A DNA stretch of 64,000 nt from Octopus sinensis (GCF_006345805.1 NC_042999.1:95542001-95606000); one strand, 5' to 3'; shown: positions 27,433-39,081, numbered from the stretch's first letter. Numbers and translations are program-made. Notes: a model not told the origin generated them from the letters alone.

Positions 27433-27782
27433 TGAAATTTTCTACAAATATACTTCAGATGGTAAAATTCTGATAATATTGGAATTTGTTGTGAAATCAA
27501 TTTTCCCCACCGAAACGTGATGTGTGTCAGTATGTATGTATGCTATCCCACCAGTTTTTATTTTCCTATAAAATTCCAATATAATCATAATCTGTACTCT
27601 CTGAACAGTATTTGTTGTAATTTTCATTTACAAATACCCATTTTTCCAAAAATTATGAGGAAAGAAATCTTGTATGAATTTTCTGAGATTCTTCCCTCCA
27701 CTCCACCAAAATTCTTTTTTCTCACAACAAATTCAGATATAATCAGTCAACACCATCTGAGGTATATTTGCAGAAAATTTCA
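27433..27782. mobile_element. MITE-like element with ~60-bp imperfect terminal inverted repeats
   Basis: 27433-27494 tgaaattttctacaaatatacttcagatggt...gaatttgttgtgaaa aligns with the reverse complement of 27721-27782 (tgaaattttctgcaaatatacctcagatggt...gaatttgttgtgag). Confidence 0.7.
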
Positions 27783-27793
27783 CTTTTCAGGAA

Positions 27794-27893
27794 NNNNNNN
27801 NNNNNNNNNNNNNNNNNNNNNNNNNNNNNNNNNNNNNNNNNNNNNNNNNNNNNNNNNNNNNNNNNNNNNNNNNNNNNNNNNNNNNNNNNNNNN
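27794..27893. other. Assembly gap (100 N)
   Basis: Run of N followed by a long TA-rich tract. Confidence 1.
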
Positions 27894-28094
27894 TATATAT
27901 ATATATATATATTATATATATATATATATAATAATATATATATATTATAATATTTATATATTATAATATATATTATATATTATATATATATATTTATATT
28001 ATATTATATATTATATATTATATATATATATTTTAATATATATATCTATATTTATATATATATATATATATTATTATAATATATATATATTTAT

Positions 28095-28138
<44 letters not shown>

Positions 28139-28146
28139 ATATATAT
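27894..28146. repeat. Imperfect (TA)n microsatellite
   Basis: Direct inspection. Confidence 0.95.
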
Positions 28147-28860
28147 ACGCCTCATCATCATTGTTAAGGTCCATGTTCCATGCTGGCATGGGTTGGATAA
28201 TTTGGCAGGGTCTGATGAGTCCAAGGACTGCATCATGTTCCACTGTCTGCTTTGGCATGGTCACTATGACAGGATATCCTTCCGAATGTTAACCACTTAA
28301 CACTATGTACTGGGTACTCTCTTTTTTTGTGCCACATACACTACTGAGGTTGGCAAGCAACTTTCAGAACCCTGAGGAAGGTGTGGTGTTAGCTTCATGC
28401 TAGGGGAACAAGGGATTAAACTATGAGAAGCAGGAAGTTAGAGCAGGTTCTTGCAGAGGATCTGCATGTCTATTCACATTGGGTTGAAGAGGGAGAGAAA
28501 GAAAAGAAAAAACGATCTGTAGGAGCTACAAAGAAATAGATATTAGGAATGAAATGCTCATGTGACCCCACAGAGCACAAAATGAGTAGAATTTGGAGGG
28601 TTGGTGTTTTGACAAGATTATATGGGGAGCAGATAATGAGTGGATGGGGAGACAGACTGTAAAATTTGGGTAGGATTAAAGGTTGGACGAACTATATGTC
28701 GTAAGTTGAGGAAGACAGAGGAATGCAGAAGTGAGCAGGATGGGGTGAGCAACTAGCAGGATAACAATGATAATACAATGGGTATGAGGAAGATGAGAAA
28801 GAAATGATATGGCTGGGTAGTCTATCATCTATCATGATATATATATACTGTGTAGGGATG
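28147..28860 (-). mobile_element. RTE tail plus decayed 3' UTR
   Basis: catcatcattgttaaggtccatgttccatgctggcatgggttgga..., followed by a purine-rich region complementary in character to 14900-15400. Confidence 0.7.
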
Positions 28861-29559
28861 CAGTCATAAATAGTGATACCCTTTCAACTTTCTCACTGAG
28901 TTCTGTTTTGAAAGACCTCATTTGTTACTACTTCATTTTAAATTCATGTCAGCTAAACCCTTATTGTTTTGGAATTTTCTTGATATTATTAGCATATTTT
29001 ATTGAATTATTTTAGATATTTTTATTATAAGTGTTAATTAATCCTATCTGAAAGAATGTCTTTCAGACTACTATTTCAGTGAAAAATCTTATATCAGGCT
29101 CTGTTGCATAGTTTTCAGTACTTGATGCTTCCAAAGTTTTCTTCAGATGAAAATCTATATTGTTTAGAAAAAGATATTACACTTTTAAACTACTATGTGA
29201 AAACTTGTTTCTTAACTACTTGAAGGAAAAGATAATATTCTTTTTTTTTTTTTATCAATACTACAAATAGTTTATTGTAAAAAAAACTGAAAATATCAGT
29301 AAATACTAATAATTGTTCCTACATATAGATGTTTAAATAACCCAAGCATTTTGATTGGAATTGCACAAGGGTTCTTTTAAGTTGTTTATTTCTATTTTAG
29401 TGGCTATGACAATTCAAGTAAGGTAACTCATTCCATAGACACATGCATTTGCATGCTCACTTTTAAATTCATGTAAATAAATACGACAGTCACAGAATCC
29501 AATGCAAACCTTAATAGTACGTGTGCAGATACAGAGGAAAAATTTGACCATCTTCAAAT

Positions 29560-30290
29560 GATTCCATTAAATGATTCAAGTGCAAATAAATATCAAGCCA
29601 ATCATAAACCATGCACTGCCACAGGAAAACTTAATTCTGACAAGGTTAGGGGAACTTCCTTCTTGTCTGGTACAAAATTTTAGGGCTGCCACCTTAACAT
29701 TAGTACAAAGAAATGAATGTCTGGAGGTATTGTAGAGGTGTGAGATAGGAGACAGTATATGTGTACTGTGTAGAAGCAGTAAGATGGAGTGAAGATTCAA
29801 CCAGGCTCTTCACAAGCAAAGAACACAGGAACAAATACTTTTGAATAGGTGATAACTTTGGAGCAGGAGTAGCAAGGGTTATAGTACAGAAATGGATACA
29901 ATAATTGAAGTAGAGAAATGGGGAAAAGTAATTAAGCATAGAGTAGTCACAGGCAGCACAATGGTAATGAAGCACAATCAAGCAGAAAATATAATGGTGC
30001 TATGCTATTGAAAAGAGCACTAAAAAAACTAGAAGACAGACTTGGAAAGAATGGTAAAAAGGGAAAAGAAAGGATCAGTACTAAATATCTTAGAGAAGTT
30101 AGGCATCAGGTATACTTGGTAAGGAGGAAAGCTGGAAGTAAGAAGTTTGCTTATGTTTTACAGTGTAAGAATAAAAAGTGTAAGGTGTTTAAATTGCAAA
30201 GCTGCAATGCTGGTGTGAATCAGGACATTTTTTTTTTCAAAAAATGTGTCCAGTATGGTAACAACATAACTGACTTCACCAAGAAGAGAG
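29560..30290 (+). mobile_element. Possible highly decayed CR1/L2-like LINE
   Basis: Weak motifs ICVLCRSS (cf. IGVVYRSP) and ILL.GDNF (cf. ILLGDFN), plus a C-terminal segment FKLQSCNAGVNQDIFF...YGNN (cf. K..C....R..FF..R....WN). Confidence 0.35.
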
Positions 30291-33200
30291 ATTCATAGAA
30301 ATTCTACTTCAGAAGTTGCTGAAAGAGGAGTGTGTGTGTGTGAGAGACAGAGAGAGAGAGAGCAAGTGAGGGAGAAGAATTACCCTAAATGCTAGGATAA
30401 CTCCCTTAAGGTACACAGCTTCTATTACCTGGGTTATCTAATCAATAATGGAGGTGGATATTGCAAAAGTATAGCAGTCAGAGAAAGAAGTGGATGTATA
30501 ACACCAGTGAGCTAATATCACATTTATTTACATTTAATAGACTCATGTATAATGCTTGTTACTATGTATGGCAATTAAATGCTTGAGAAAAATATGTTAC
30601 ATGTATAAATGCTGTAACTTTTCTTTAAAGTAATCTTTGAGAAATATGGTATAATAAAAAAAACGTGAAATCAGCATTAATGGTATGGGGAATGTAAAAA
30701 AATGACATACATTTTTTATATTACCAAAACAAATAATTAAATGCTTCAAAACAGGTGAACCATGCACTGTTGCATTTTTTATTTCTATTTATTTTTTTGA
30801 AAGTTTGTTTGAATTTCTAATTTTGAGTATTGAGGATTCTGTGATAAGTATGACTGAATTTCATTATATACATTTGGTCGTTTTGATTTTGTTTAATTCA
30901 TATTGAAAAATAGACATATGTTTCCAGTTATAAATTACCTAACTTTCATTTTTTTTGTAATGGTTACTTTAAAAAAAAAGATCAAATGTGTCTTGTTTTC
31001 GACAACACTAGCTTAATAAGTTAACTAAATGATTTTAATGATGGTGTTAAGGAATGAAAGAAGAAAAGCATTTTTTAATTATGCAATGTGTATATATAAT
31101 GTAATATAAACTTAAAATTATTTAAAATAAACAGAAATTTTTTAATGTAAATTTTATGTATATTAAATATTAAACAATATATATTGCTTGTGCTGCTTCT
31201 AATTCATATTTGAATTTAACGATATATTGATCAGATGTTTACAGCTGGAATAACTTTGTGTTATTACCTTATTATACATGTTGGTTACTGAAAAACAAAA
31301 TTTTAAGATGTATTTGTTCTTGTAGCAACATATGTACACAATCTGAAATATGTGGTAGTGTATAAACAGAAAATAAGTACACTTTGTCATTTTGTTGTTT
31401 CCATTTCACCATTTTTATCTTAATTATTTTGATTTGTTAGTAAAATAGTAAACAACAATGGTATGCTCATAAGATAGTATCACATAAGGTAAACAACCTT
31501 GAGTGATACAATGTTATGGGCACACTTATATGATTGGATCTTATGGCACATTTATGAGATATGACAAACATTTAATGAAGTGTCACTATCATTGAAAAAT
31601 TTAACTGACAATCGATATAAGTTATGGTTAAGTACTTACATGTGGAAAAATAGTTAGCATTAAGTTATCATGTATAATATGCACCCATAATTTTTAGATT
31701 TAAAAATATGGTGGGGGGATGTGAACATTATGTAGGAATAAATACAATACTTCTCTTAGTAACAAAGCATTTCTCTCTCATATATACAAAGTGTGATATT
31801 GCAAAACATCAAATGTAGAGCATTGGGAAGGGTTAGAAAAAAAAAATGAAGCAAGCATAGTGAGAGAGAAAAAGAAGAAATGATTACATCCTGGTCAACA
31901 TCAATCCCTTCAGTATTACTTTTGTCTTGCTTGTCCAAAACAGCAAGTTTTCATCAGTATAGCATGTTGCCTATTGTCATGGTCAGTTACCCTCCCCTAT
32001 TGTATATTTTATACTAATATTCACCCATGCAGTCATATTCACATACATATCTATTTGCGTTTAAAAAACCTGAAAATAAAGCACCCTGTTGAGAGCAACT
32101 ATAATTTAGCAGGTGGTATTACATATTTACTAATGCTCTAAAAGACCATTTTTTTAAAGACAGTTTCTGATCTGCTTATCACAAGAATAATTACTTTGTT
32201 CTAGAAAAAAATTGCAAATTCATTAACTTGTTTATTATTTGGAATAAACTTGCTAAAGAATCAACTACTGAAATTTTGAATACAAGGTTTATTGTATCTG
32301 AACTTATGTTGAATATTGATTATAAATCAAAATTGTTTTTGATTTAAATAAATCTTTGGTTACAGATGTCACTTTTTATCTATCAAAATTTCAAAATATC
32401 AATCAATTAATGCTAAAACTGCCTTCTAGGTAAGTTAATTATTAATGAAAGAATGGTATATCTGTTGTTTCTGTTACGACTGTTGGATTTAAAAATTAAA
32501 ACATGTAGAGTTTATGGTGACTGATGAAGAGCATGTTAATAATAAGACTGCTAATTTATTTGGTCATAAGAGTACTGAAGTTTCTGTTTCCATATATTTG
32601 GGATAATTCAGCATGATATAGTGTATCCTCTCTAAGTTCTACTTGAGTGAGTTTGTGTATTGAACTCAACTCTCCAGACTTTGTGTTACTTAGAACAGAT
32701 AGTTTGATTAGCTGTTGAGTCAAATATAGCATTAGACCAGTTATAATACACAAACTAATGACCCTTCATCTAGTTGTCTAGTATTCTATGGCTTAACCAT
32801 CTATGACATTCTGATATAACGATGAAGAATAGTCCAAGACTATAGTGATGTAGCTACCAACATTGTCTTCCATTACTCTCTGCCATGACTGTTTATTCTT
32901 TTTTACTGGCTGTCAACACTGATCCTCTCTTCTGTCACCTTCTTCACCATCCTGGTATCCAAAGCATTCTTCCATACTCCCACTCACTCTGGTTCACTCT
33001 CTGTTCCTTTCACTTTTGGTCACATTTCTTTGAACAAATAGAGATACTGTAGAGCAAAGCGTTGTGCCATGATAAAATGCACCTATTACAATATTGGGTT
33101 GAGAGGGCCATCTAGTCTGATTGAAGAGATAACTCTCTAGTTTTGCTTCCACAATAAAATGTACTCAATACATTTTGGAAGTGTCAGGAATAGCATTATG

Positions 33201-33458
33201 CTATAGAAACTATGCATAAATGAAACATACAAACGTGTTTGGACCTTCCAACCATCTAGAAGCATAGATTTGAGAAGGTGAATAGTCACCATAGCAACAT
33301 TGATGTAAGCAGGAATGGTTTTCCTGTCAGTGAAAAGTAAGTTTCATAAGATTAGATTGAAGTATAATCCATAATAAAAGTTTCATAGATATCGATTACA
33401 GCACATTATTTACATTATTTACAATTGACAGATATTAGTCCTCGTCTTGTTTGTTATT

Positions 33459-33504
33459 CACACAACGTTTCTGCTGATATACCCTCCAGCCTTCATCAGG
33501 TGTC
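33459..33504 (-). ncRNA. Minimal type I hammerhead ribozyme motif
   Basis: GACAC-CUGAUGA-A-GGCUG-gagggtatat-CAGCA-GAAA-CGUU-GUGUG. Helix I is ACAC/GUGU, helix II is GCUG/CAGC with the closing pair mutated, and helix III is palindromic ACGU. Confidence 0.65.
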
Positions 33505-33580
33505 TTGGGAAAATTTCAAACCTGGGTTCTCATTCCTAAGATATTTTTCGATGTTATTATTATTATTCAGGTCACTGATT

Positions 33581-33642
33581 GGAATCAAACTCAGAATCTT
33601 GGGGTTAGTAGCCCACACTCTTAACCACTATGCCATATGCCC
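33581..33642 (-). promoter_or_regulatory. tRNA-derived Pol III head (A box and B box)
   Basis: Reverse complement GGGCATATGGCATAGTGGTTAAGAGTGTGGGCTACTAACCCCAAGATTCTGAGTTTGATTCC. A box TGGCATAGTGG, B box GAGTTTGATTCC (one C>T from GTTCGA), anticodon-like loop CT-ACT-AA. Confidence 0.7.
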
Positions 33643-33921
33643 GTGGGCAATTATGGAGTGAATTTTAGGGCTTATAAATCTAATATTCTCCTACCCTTCC
33701 TTAATACCTGTTCCCATATGCTTGTTCATATCTGCACTTGGTCTGCTTAGGAGGTTGTTGTGTCCTTAATACCTGTTCCCATATGCTTGTTCATATCTGC
33801 ACTTGGTCTGCTTAGGAGATTGTTGTGTCCATGCAGTGATCTGAATAATAATAATAATAATAATAACAACAATATCAAAAAATACCTTAGGAATGAGAAC
33901 CCAGGTTCGAAATTTCCCCAA

Positions 33922-33967
33922 GACACCTGATGAAGGCTGGAGGGTATATCAGCTGATGCGTTGTGTT
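33922..33967 (+). ncRNA. Minimal hammerhead motif, second (inverted) copy, catalytic GAAA mutated
   Basis: GACAC-CUGAUGA-A-GGCUG-gagggtatat-CAGCU-GAUG-CGUU-GUGUU; helix I is GACAC/GUGUU (5 bp). Confidence 0.55.
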
Positions 33968-34288
33968 AACAACAACCAAGATGAGGACAAATATCCGTCA
34001 ATTGTAAATAATGTACATAATTCCTCATCTCGTAAATATAGAACTGTATTATGCTACAGTCTTTGTTTCAACATGGTTTTTGTAACTAGATTATGGAAAA
34101 TATATAACTTGGGGGTTTTCCAGGATCTATACTAGTCATTTTCTTTTAATCTTGCTATAGACAAATGCCATCTTGTTTAAACTTGAAAAAAGAGAATGCA
34201 TGTTCTACTTTAAAGTTAAAATTTCGTGTAGCACATGTGAAGATATACTCTGTTTAGAACTTTCAGTTATGTATTATTATTTCTGTAT

Positions 34289-34870
34289 CCAGTGCCGGTG
34301 GCACGTGGCACATAAGAAAACCATCCGAACGTGGCCGTAGCCAGTACCGCATCGACTGGCCTCCGTACTGTGGGCACGTAACAAGCACCATCCGATCGTG
34401 GCCGTTTGCCAGCCTCATCTGGCACCTGTGTCGGTGGCACATAAAAACACCATCCGAGCGTGGCCGTCTGCCAGCCTCGTCTGGCACCTGTGTCGGTGGC
34501 ACATAAAAACACCATCCGAGCGTGGCCGTCTGCCAGCCTCGTCTGGCACCTGTGTCGGTGGCACATAAAAAACACCATCCGAGCGTGGCCGTCTGCCAGC
34601 CTCGTCTGGCACCTGTGTCGGTGGCACATAAAAAACACCATCCGAGCGTGGCCGTTTGTCAGCCTCGTCTGGCACCTGTGTCGGTGGCACATAAAATCAC
34701 CCACTACACTCTCGGAGTGGTTGGCGTTAGGAAGGGCATCCAGCTGTAGAAACACTGCCAGATCTGACTGGACTGGTGCAGCTTTCGGGCTCCCCGGACC
34801 CCAGTTGAACCGTCCAACCCATGCTAGCATGGAAAGCGGACGTTAAATGATGATGATGATGATGATGATG
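34289..34870 (+). mobile_element. Young RTE-tail (SINE-like) element with internal tandem expansion
   Basis: CpG-rich; ends ...ggcgttaggaagggcatccagctgtagaaac...ccatgctagcatggaaagcggacgttaaa(tga)n. Confidence 0.9.
34371..34682 (+). repeat. Tandem array of five near-identical 62-63 bp units
   Basis: Unit ggtggcacataaaaacaccatccgagcgtggccgtctgccagcctcgtctggcacctgtgtc; unit starts at 34433, 34495, 34557 and 34620, with a more diverged first unit at ~34371. Confidence 0.95.
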
Positions 34871-35609
34871 TATTATATGCCTCTTGTTGAACTATTTGCT
34901 ATATATTAACTCTCATCTTTGTTGATTACCTCATAACGGTATAGTTTCCTTCTTGCTTAATATTTTGTTTACAAATAATATTAAATGACCTGAAGATATT
35001 TTCAACACTTATTTTATATCTATTTTAGAAAGAGATTTCATTTATATATTCAATCTTTTTCCTCTGCTAGCTTTCTTTTCTAATTTATTTTAAACTTTTC
35101 CCTAAATATTATTCTTTTGTTTGAAATGCTTAACAATGAGAAACATAGTCTAAAAAAATTTGATGATTCCATACTTTTCTGAAGTAAGAACATATGTTTT
35201 ACTTTATTTTTTGTAACATTTAAATGTAAGCTATCTACCTTATTTAAATTGACAATTTATATTTGAGTGTTTCTTTTTCTTTAAAGCTAGCAATTTCCAT
35301 TGATGCAAAAATGCTTTCACATTCAAGAATTATTTCATTACATGGATTTGTTTTGTTTCCAAGTTAAATTAAAACCAAATAACCAAGAATTTCTTTCTTA
35401 CTGCTATTTGGGTTGGGGATTAAAAAAGAACATCAATTGCATTTATTTTACCTCTTTTGTGAACAACCATACAATCAACACATTCATATAAACTGTAACG
35501 ATGTGACTTATTTATCAAATTGTTTTCACTTTTGAGTCAATTTGATCAGTTATTTATTTTGTTGGATTTTATTCATTGGTAGTTTTTTTTTGTAATTTCA
35601 ACATCAGCA

Positions 35610-35895
35610 CCAGCAGCAGCATCGTTTAACGTCTGTTTTCCATGCTGGCATGGGTTGGATGGTTTGACTGAGGTCTGGAGAGCCAGTGGCTGCACTAGAC
35701 TCCAATCTGATGCAACGTTTCTACAGCTGGATGCTCTTCCTAATGCCAGTCACTCCACAGTGTAGTAGGTGCTTTTTACATGCCACTGGCACAGGAACCA
35801 GTCAGATAGTCCGGGCATCAATCCTGTTTGGATAGTGATTTTAACGTGCCACTGGCATGAGAGTCAGTCAGAACATGGGAGCCAGTCAGGCACAG
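35610..35895 (-). mobile_element. RTE-tail element
   Basis: catcgtttaacgtctgttttccatgctggcatgggttgga...ctacagctggatgctcttcctaatgcc...gtgctttttacatgccactggcac. Confidence 0.88.
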
Positions 35896-36239
35896 GAGTA
35901 TGTTGTAATTCTGCAATTCTCTTGGATTCTCTTAGTTGGTTCAAATAAACATTTTATATTTGTGGTCAATCTTCCCATTTTAAATTAGTGTTAGGACTGT
36001 AAAAAACAATGTATGAAGTCACAGCAATGCTTACTTTCTAACAGCAAGTTAATTTGATACAGAAAAGGCAAGCCACTGCCTGAGTTTCTAAAAAATTTAC
36101 TTATATATAAGCATCTTTCAAAGCTGAACAAAATTTAGCAATGATAATTTTTTATTACACTGGTCAAATTTCATACAGGTAAAAGATTATTCATTAGATT
36201 GATCACAATATGTATATAATAATTATAATAATGATGATG

Positions 36240-36800
36240 ATGATGAAACTATTGCCTATATTGTAAACGAATATCCTAGATTTGCCCAAAGCCTGTATAA
36301 ATTGTGGTGACATGATGAGGCAGCAAAAGTTCTGCATTAGAAACTGTGTGAAAAACAAAGGTTAGAGAGAAGTATGACCACAAACCACAGAAAGTGACTG
36401 AGTTGGAGACATTCAAAATCCTGTGGGATTTCCTAATTTAAATGGACCAGCTGCTTGAGCACAACAAACTGGATCTAGTAGTGGTGAACAAAGTAAACCA
36501 CTTGTGCTCTATAATTGATATTGCATGCCCATTTGACCCACAGACAATTAAAATGGAAGGTGTGAAAGTATATGTATAGTCCTCTTAAATACAAGACAGG
36601 CCAACTGTGGAAGATGAAAAAGGGAAGATAGTGCCAATTATTGTTGAGGCTGTGGAGACAGTATCAAAAAATATCGAGAGAAACATAAAGAAAATAGGAA
36701 TAGAGTATTTGATAGAGCTGTTGCAAAATGTTTTGCTTCTTGGCACAGCCAGAATCATCAGGAAAGTATTAGATAATTGGAGAGAACAAATAGAATGAGG
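36240..36800 (+). mobile_element. R4/Dong-like non-LTR retrotransposon, C-terminal restriction-like endonuclease domain (decayed)
   Basis: DETIAYIVNEYPRFAQ...HDEAAKVLH*KLCEK, YDHKPQKV, KILWDF, KLDLVVVNK (cf. PDLVV), IIDIACPFD, KIVPIIV, LQNVLLLGTARIIRKVLD. Confidence 0.85.
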
Positions 36801-37609
36801 TGTGTGTCTGTGTGTATGTATATGTATGAAGATATATATCTGTCAGTATCACTCACTTTCTCTCCCTTTCTCTCTATACATACACAAGTACATATGCTGC
36901 TATCTGTAACATATCTTCCTGGGCTATAATCCACTTTTGGCCTGTTAATTGTAAATTTTCAGTCTGGCTAGGATCCTTAATTAGAAAAATCTTTATTGAC
37001 ACACATAAATGCCTTCTGTTTTTCTTTTTCGCTTTCATTATATCTTAATTCACTTCTGAGAGGAGTTTCTCCCCTTCAAACTCTTGACATCTTTTCCTTG
37101 CACTTCACTTTGAGTGATACACAAGCATTCAACTGTGATTGCATTGCATCTTATAGCAGAAACAACTGTAGCCTAATGAATAATTTTTTATTTCCTAATT
37201 TTAATTTCTTATTACTACTTTGTATTCAATTGACACTTAGCTCTGAAACATATGTATATTGAGTTCTAACTCTAGATTTTGCTATGCTTAAGCAAAATAA
37301 TAATTTACATATATGCATATACTGGGTGTGGGATATATTTACCCACTACATAAACATGAATTTACCCATTATACATATATCAATTGAAACATTCTTATTC
37401 GCAAAATAGTTGCAAATGTTGTATAATTCTTTCTAAGATTCTTTTTTGTTTACTTAATTCAGTATGACAGCTCAAACAAAATGTGAACAATTTTTAGCAT
37501 TGAAAGTTGTGGGTATAAAAAGTTATGAGGTGAACATGGCTGGTCTAAGGAATTAAGGGCTATAGTAAAAACGAAGGATGGCCATTTTGAATTATACATA
37601 TAAGTAAAA

Positions 37610-38190
37610 TATTTTATCTTTTATATAATAATAATAATAATGAAATTATTGTGTACAGTGCTCAGGTGCACCACAACTTGTCAGAAAGTGCATATAAAGT
37701 ACATGCAGTAATGTACAAATGTCTGGAAAGCGAACAATGTATGAGTCAGATACATGCTTGTGTGTGTATGGAGGAGAGAAAATCAGGTGTAGTGTTGGCG
37801 AATCTCAGAAAGCATGGAAGGTTTGAAGGATGCAGTGCTCTGACAACTAACAACTGATGCCAGCAGTTTGTTCCATGCTTCAGCAACTCTCAGCATGAAA
37901 AAATGTTTCCTGAAGTCATGGGAGCTGTGCTGTTTTCTGACTTTGTAAATATGTCCACGGATGTTAGATGGGTGGAGTTTGAAAAGGTGCTCAGAGTTAT
38001 TGTTTGTACGATGGTTGATAATTTTATGGGTGTCTGCCAAGTCAGCTGCCAGACGTCGGAGTTTCAATGTGTCCATGCCCAGGGAAGTATATGGCAAATG
38101 CCTGATGGAGGGTATTATTTTGGTTGCACGTCGCTGAACGGCTTCCAGACGATTGATATCCAAGTTGAAGACACTTGCCCAAGTTGCCAT
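37610..38190 (-). mobile_element. CR1-clade LINE 3' fragment with 3' UTR and (TTA)n tail
   Basis: ORF 37783..38190: LEAVQRRATKIIP, LKLRRLAADL, RGHIYKV, FFMLRVAEAWNKL. Confidence 0.88.
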
Positions 38191-38379
38191 GCAGTGGGAC
38201 TAAACCCGGAACCATGTGGTGATGATTTTACAAAAGAAGTTGCAACAATCAAACAACTGATAGTATTTTGAGACTGATTGACCCAATGGTGTTGTTGATT
38301 ATTGTATATAGGTGGCTTATGGGTGATTGTGCATAAGTGCATGGCTGGATTTATCTTTCACTTGTTTCAATTATTATAC

Positions 38380-38510
38380 TGTATTCATGCTGGGATACTA
38401 CCTTGAAGAATTTTAGTCAAACAAATTTACTCCAGTATCTTTTTTTAAACCTGCTGAACCACTATGTTATGGGGATATAAACACACTAGCACTGGTTGTT
38501 AAGAGGTAAT
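38380..38510 (-). mobile_element. Decayed SINE fragment
   Basis: catgctgggatactaccttgaagaattttagtcaaacaaatttactccagta...ctgaaccactatgttatggggatataaacac; related to the family A central domain. Confidence 0.5.
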
Positions 38511-38577
38511 GGGGTCAAATATAAACCCCATTATGTGCATATAATGCACACAAACACACACATATATATATATATAC

Positions 38578-38890
38578 AACTGGCTTCCGTACCCGTGGCA
38601 CATACAAGGGCACCATTCAAGCGTGATCGTTACCAACGTCGCTTCACTGGCACATGTAAAAAGATTCGAGCAAGGTCATTGCCAATACCACCCGTCTGGC
38701 CCCCGTGCCAGTGGCACGTAAAAAGCACCCACTACACCCTTGGAGTGGTTGGCGTTAGTAAGGGCATCCAGCTGTAGAAACTCTGCCAGATCAAGATTGG
38801 AGCTTGGTGCAGCCATCTGGCTCGCCAGCCCTCAGTCAAAATCGTCCAACCCATGCTAGCATGGAAAGCAGACATTGAACGATGATGATG
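38578..38890 (+). mobile_element. RTE-tail element inserted after (TA)n
   Basis: gtgccagtggcacgtaaaaagcacccactacac...ccatgctagcatggaaagcagacattgaacgatgatgatg. Confidence 0.9.
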
Positions 38891-38894
38891 AAAA

Positions 38895-39040
38895 GGCTTC
38901 TTTCAGTTTCTGTCTACTAAATCCACTAAAAAGGTTTTATTCAGTCCACAGCTATAGTAGGGTACTATGCAGTGGGATTGAACCCAGAGTCATGTGGTTA
39001 GGAAGCAAACTTCTTACCACAAAGCCAAGCCTGCACTTAG
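38895..39040 (-). mobile_element. tRNA-derived SINE head, family B (CORE-like)
   Basis: Reverse complement: ggctttgtggtaagaagtttgcttcctaaccacatgactctgggttcaatcccactgca...ggatttagtagacagaaactgaaagaag (B box GGTTCAATCCC). Confidence 0.7.
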
Positions 39041-39081
39041 AAGCTGTAAACTTTCATTAATCAAAACCTAAAAATATATAA

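Larger units (their letters stand above)
33405..34025. mobile_element. Non-autonomous element with ~175-bp inverted arms, two hammerhead motifs and an internal tRNA-derived head
   Basis: 33405-33583 is the reverse complement of ~33828-34020 (e.g. ttgacagatattagtcctcgtcttgtttgtt...cttcatcaggtgtcttggga versus tccccaagacacctgatgaag...aacaaccaagatgaggacaaatatccgtcaa). There is an internal 65-bp tandem duplication at 33699-33828. Confidence 0.9.

Noticed and set aside
28212-28232. Hammerhead-like CUGAUGA-GUCC-AA-GGAC
   Set aside because: Followed by UGCA rather than GAAA, has no helix III, and lies in the antisense of an ordinary RTE tail.
33581-33642. Functional tRNA gene (anticodon ACT)
   Set aside because: Only 3 bp of anticodon stem, no acceptor-stem partner and a mutated B box; it is a SINE-type tRNA-derived head.
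34371-34682. CRISPR-like array of ~62-bp periodicity
   Set aside because: Units are near-identical along their whole length with no unique spacers, lie inside a retroposon 3' region in a eukaryotic intron, and have no cas genes. ORFs 34263-34846 are translations of the repeat.
37320-37600. Possible Tc1/mariner-derived remnant (AIVKTKDGHFE)
   Set aside because: A single short C-terminal-like motif with no paired TIR identified; too weak to list as a feature.
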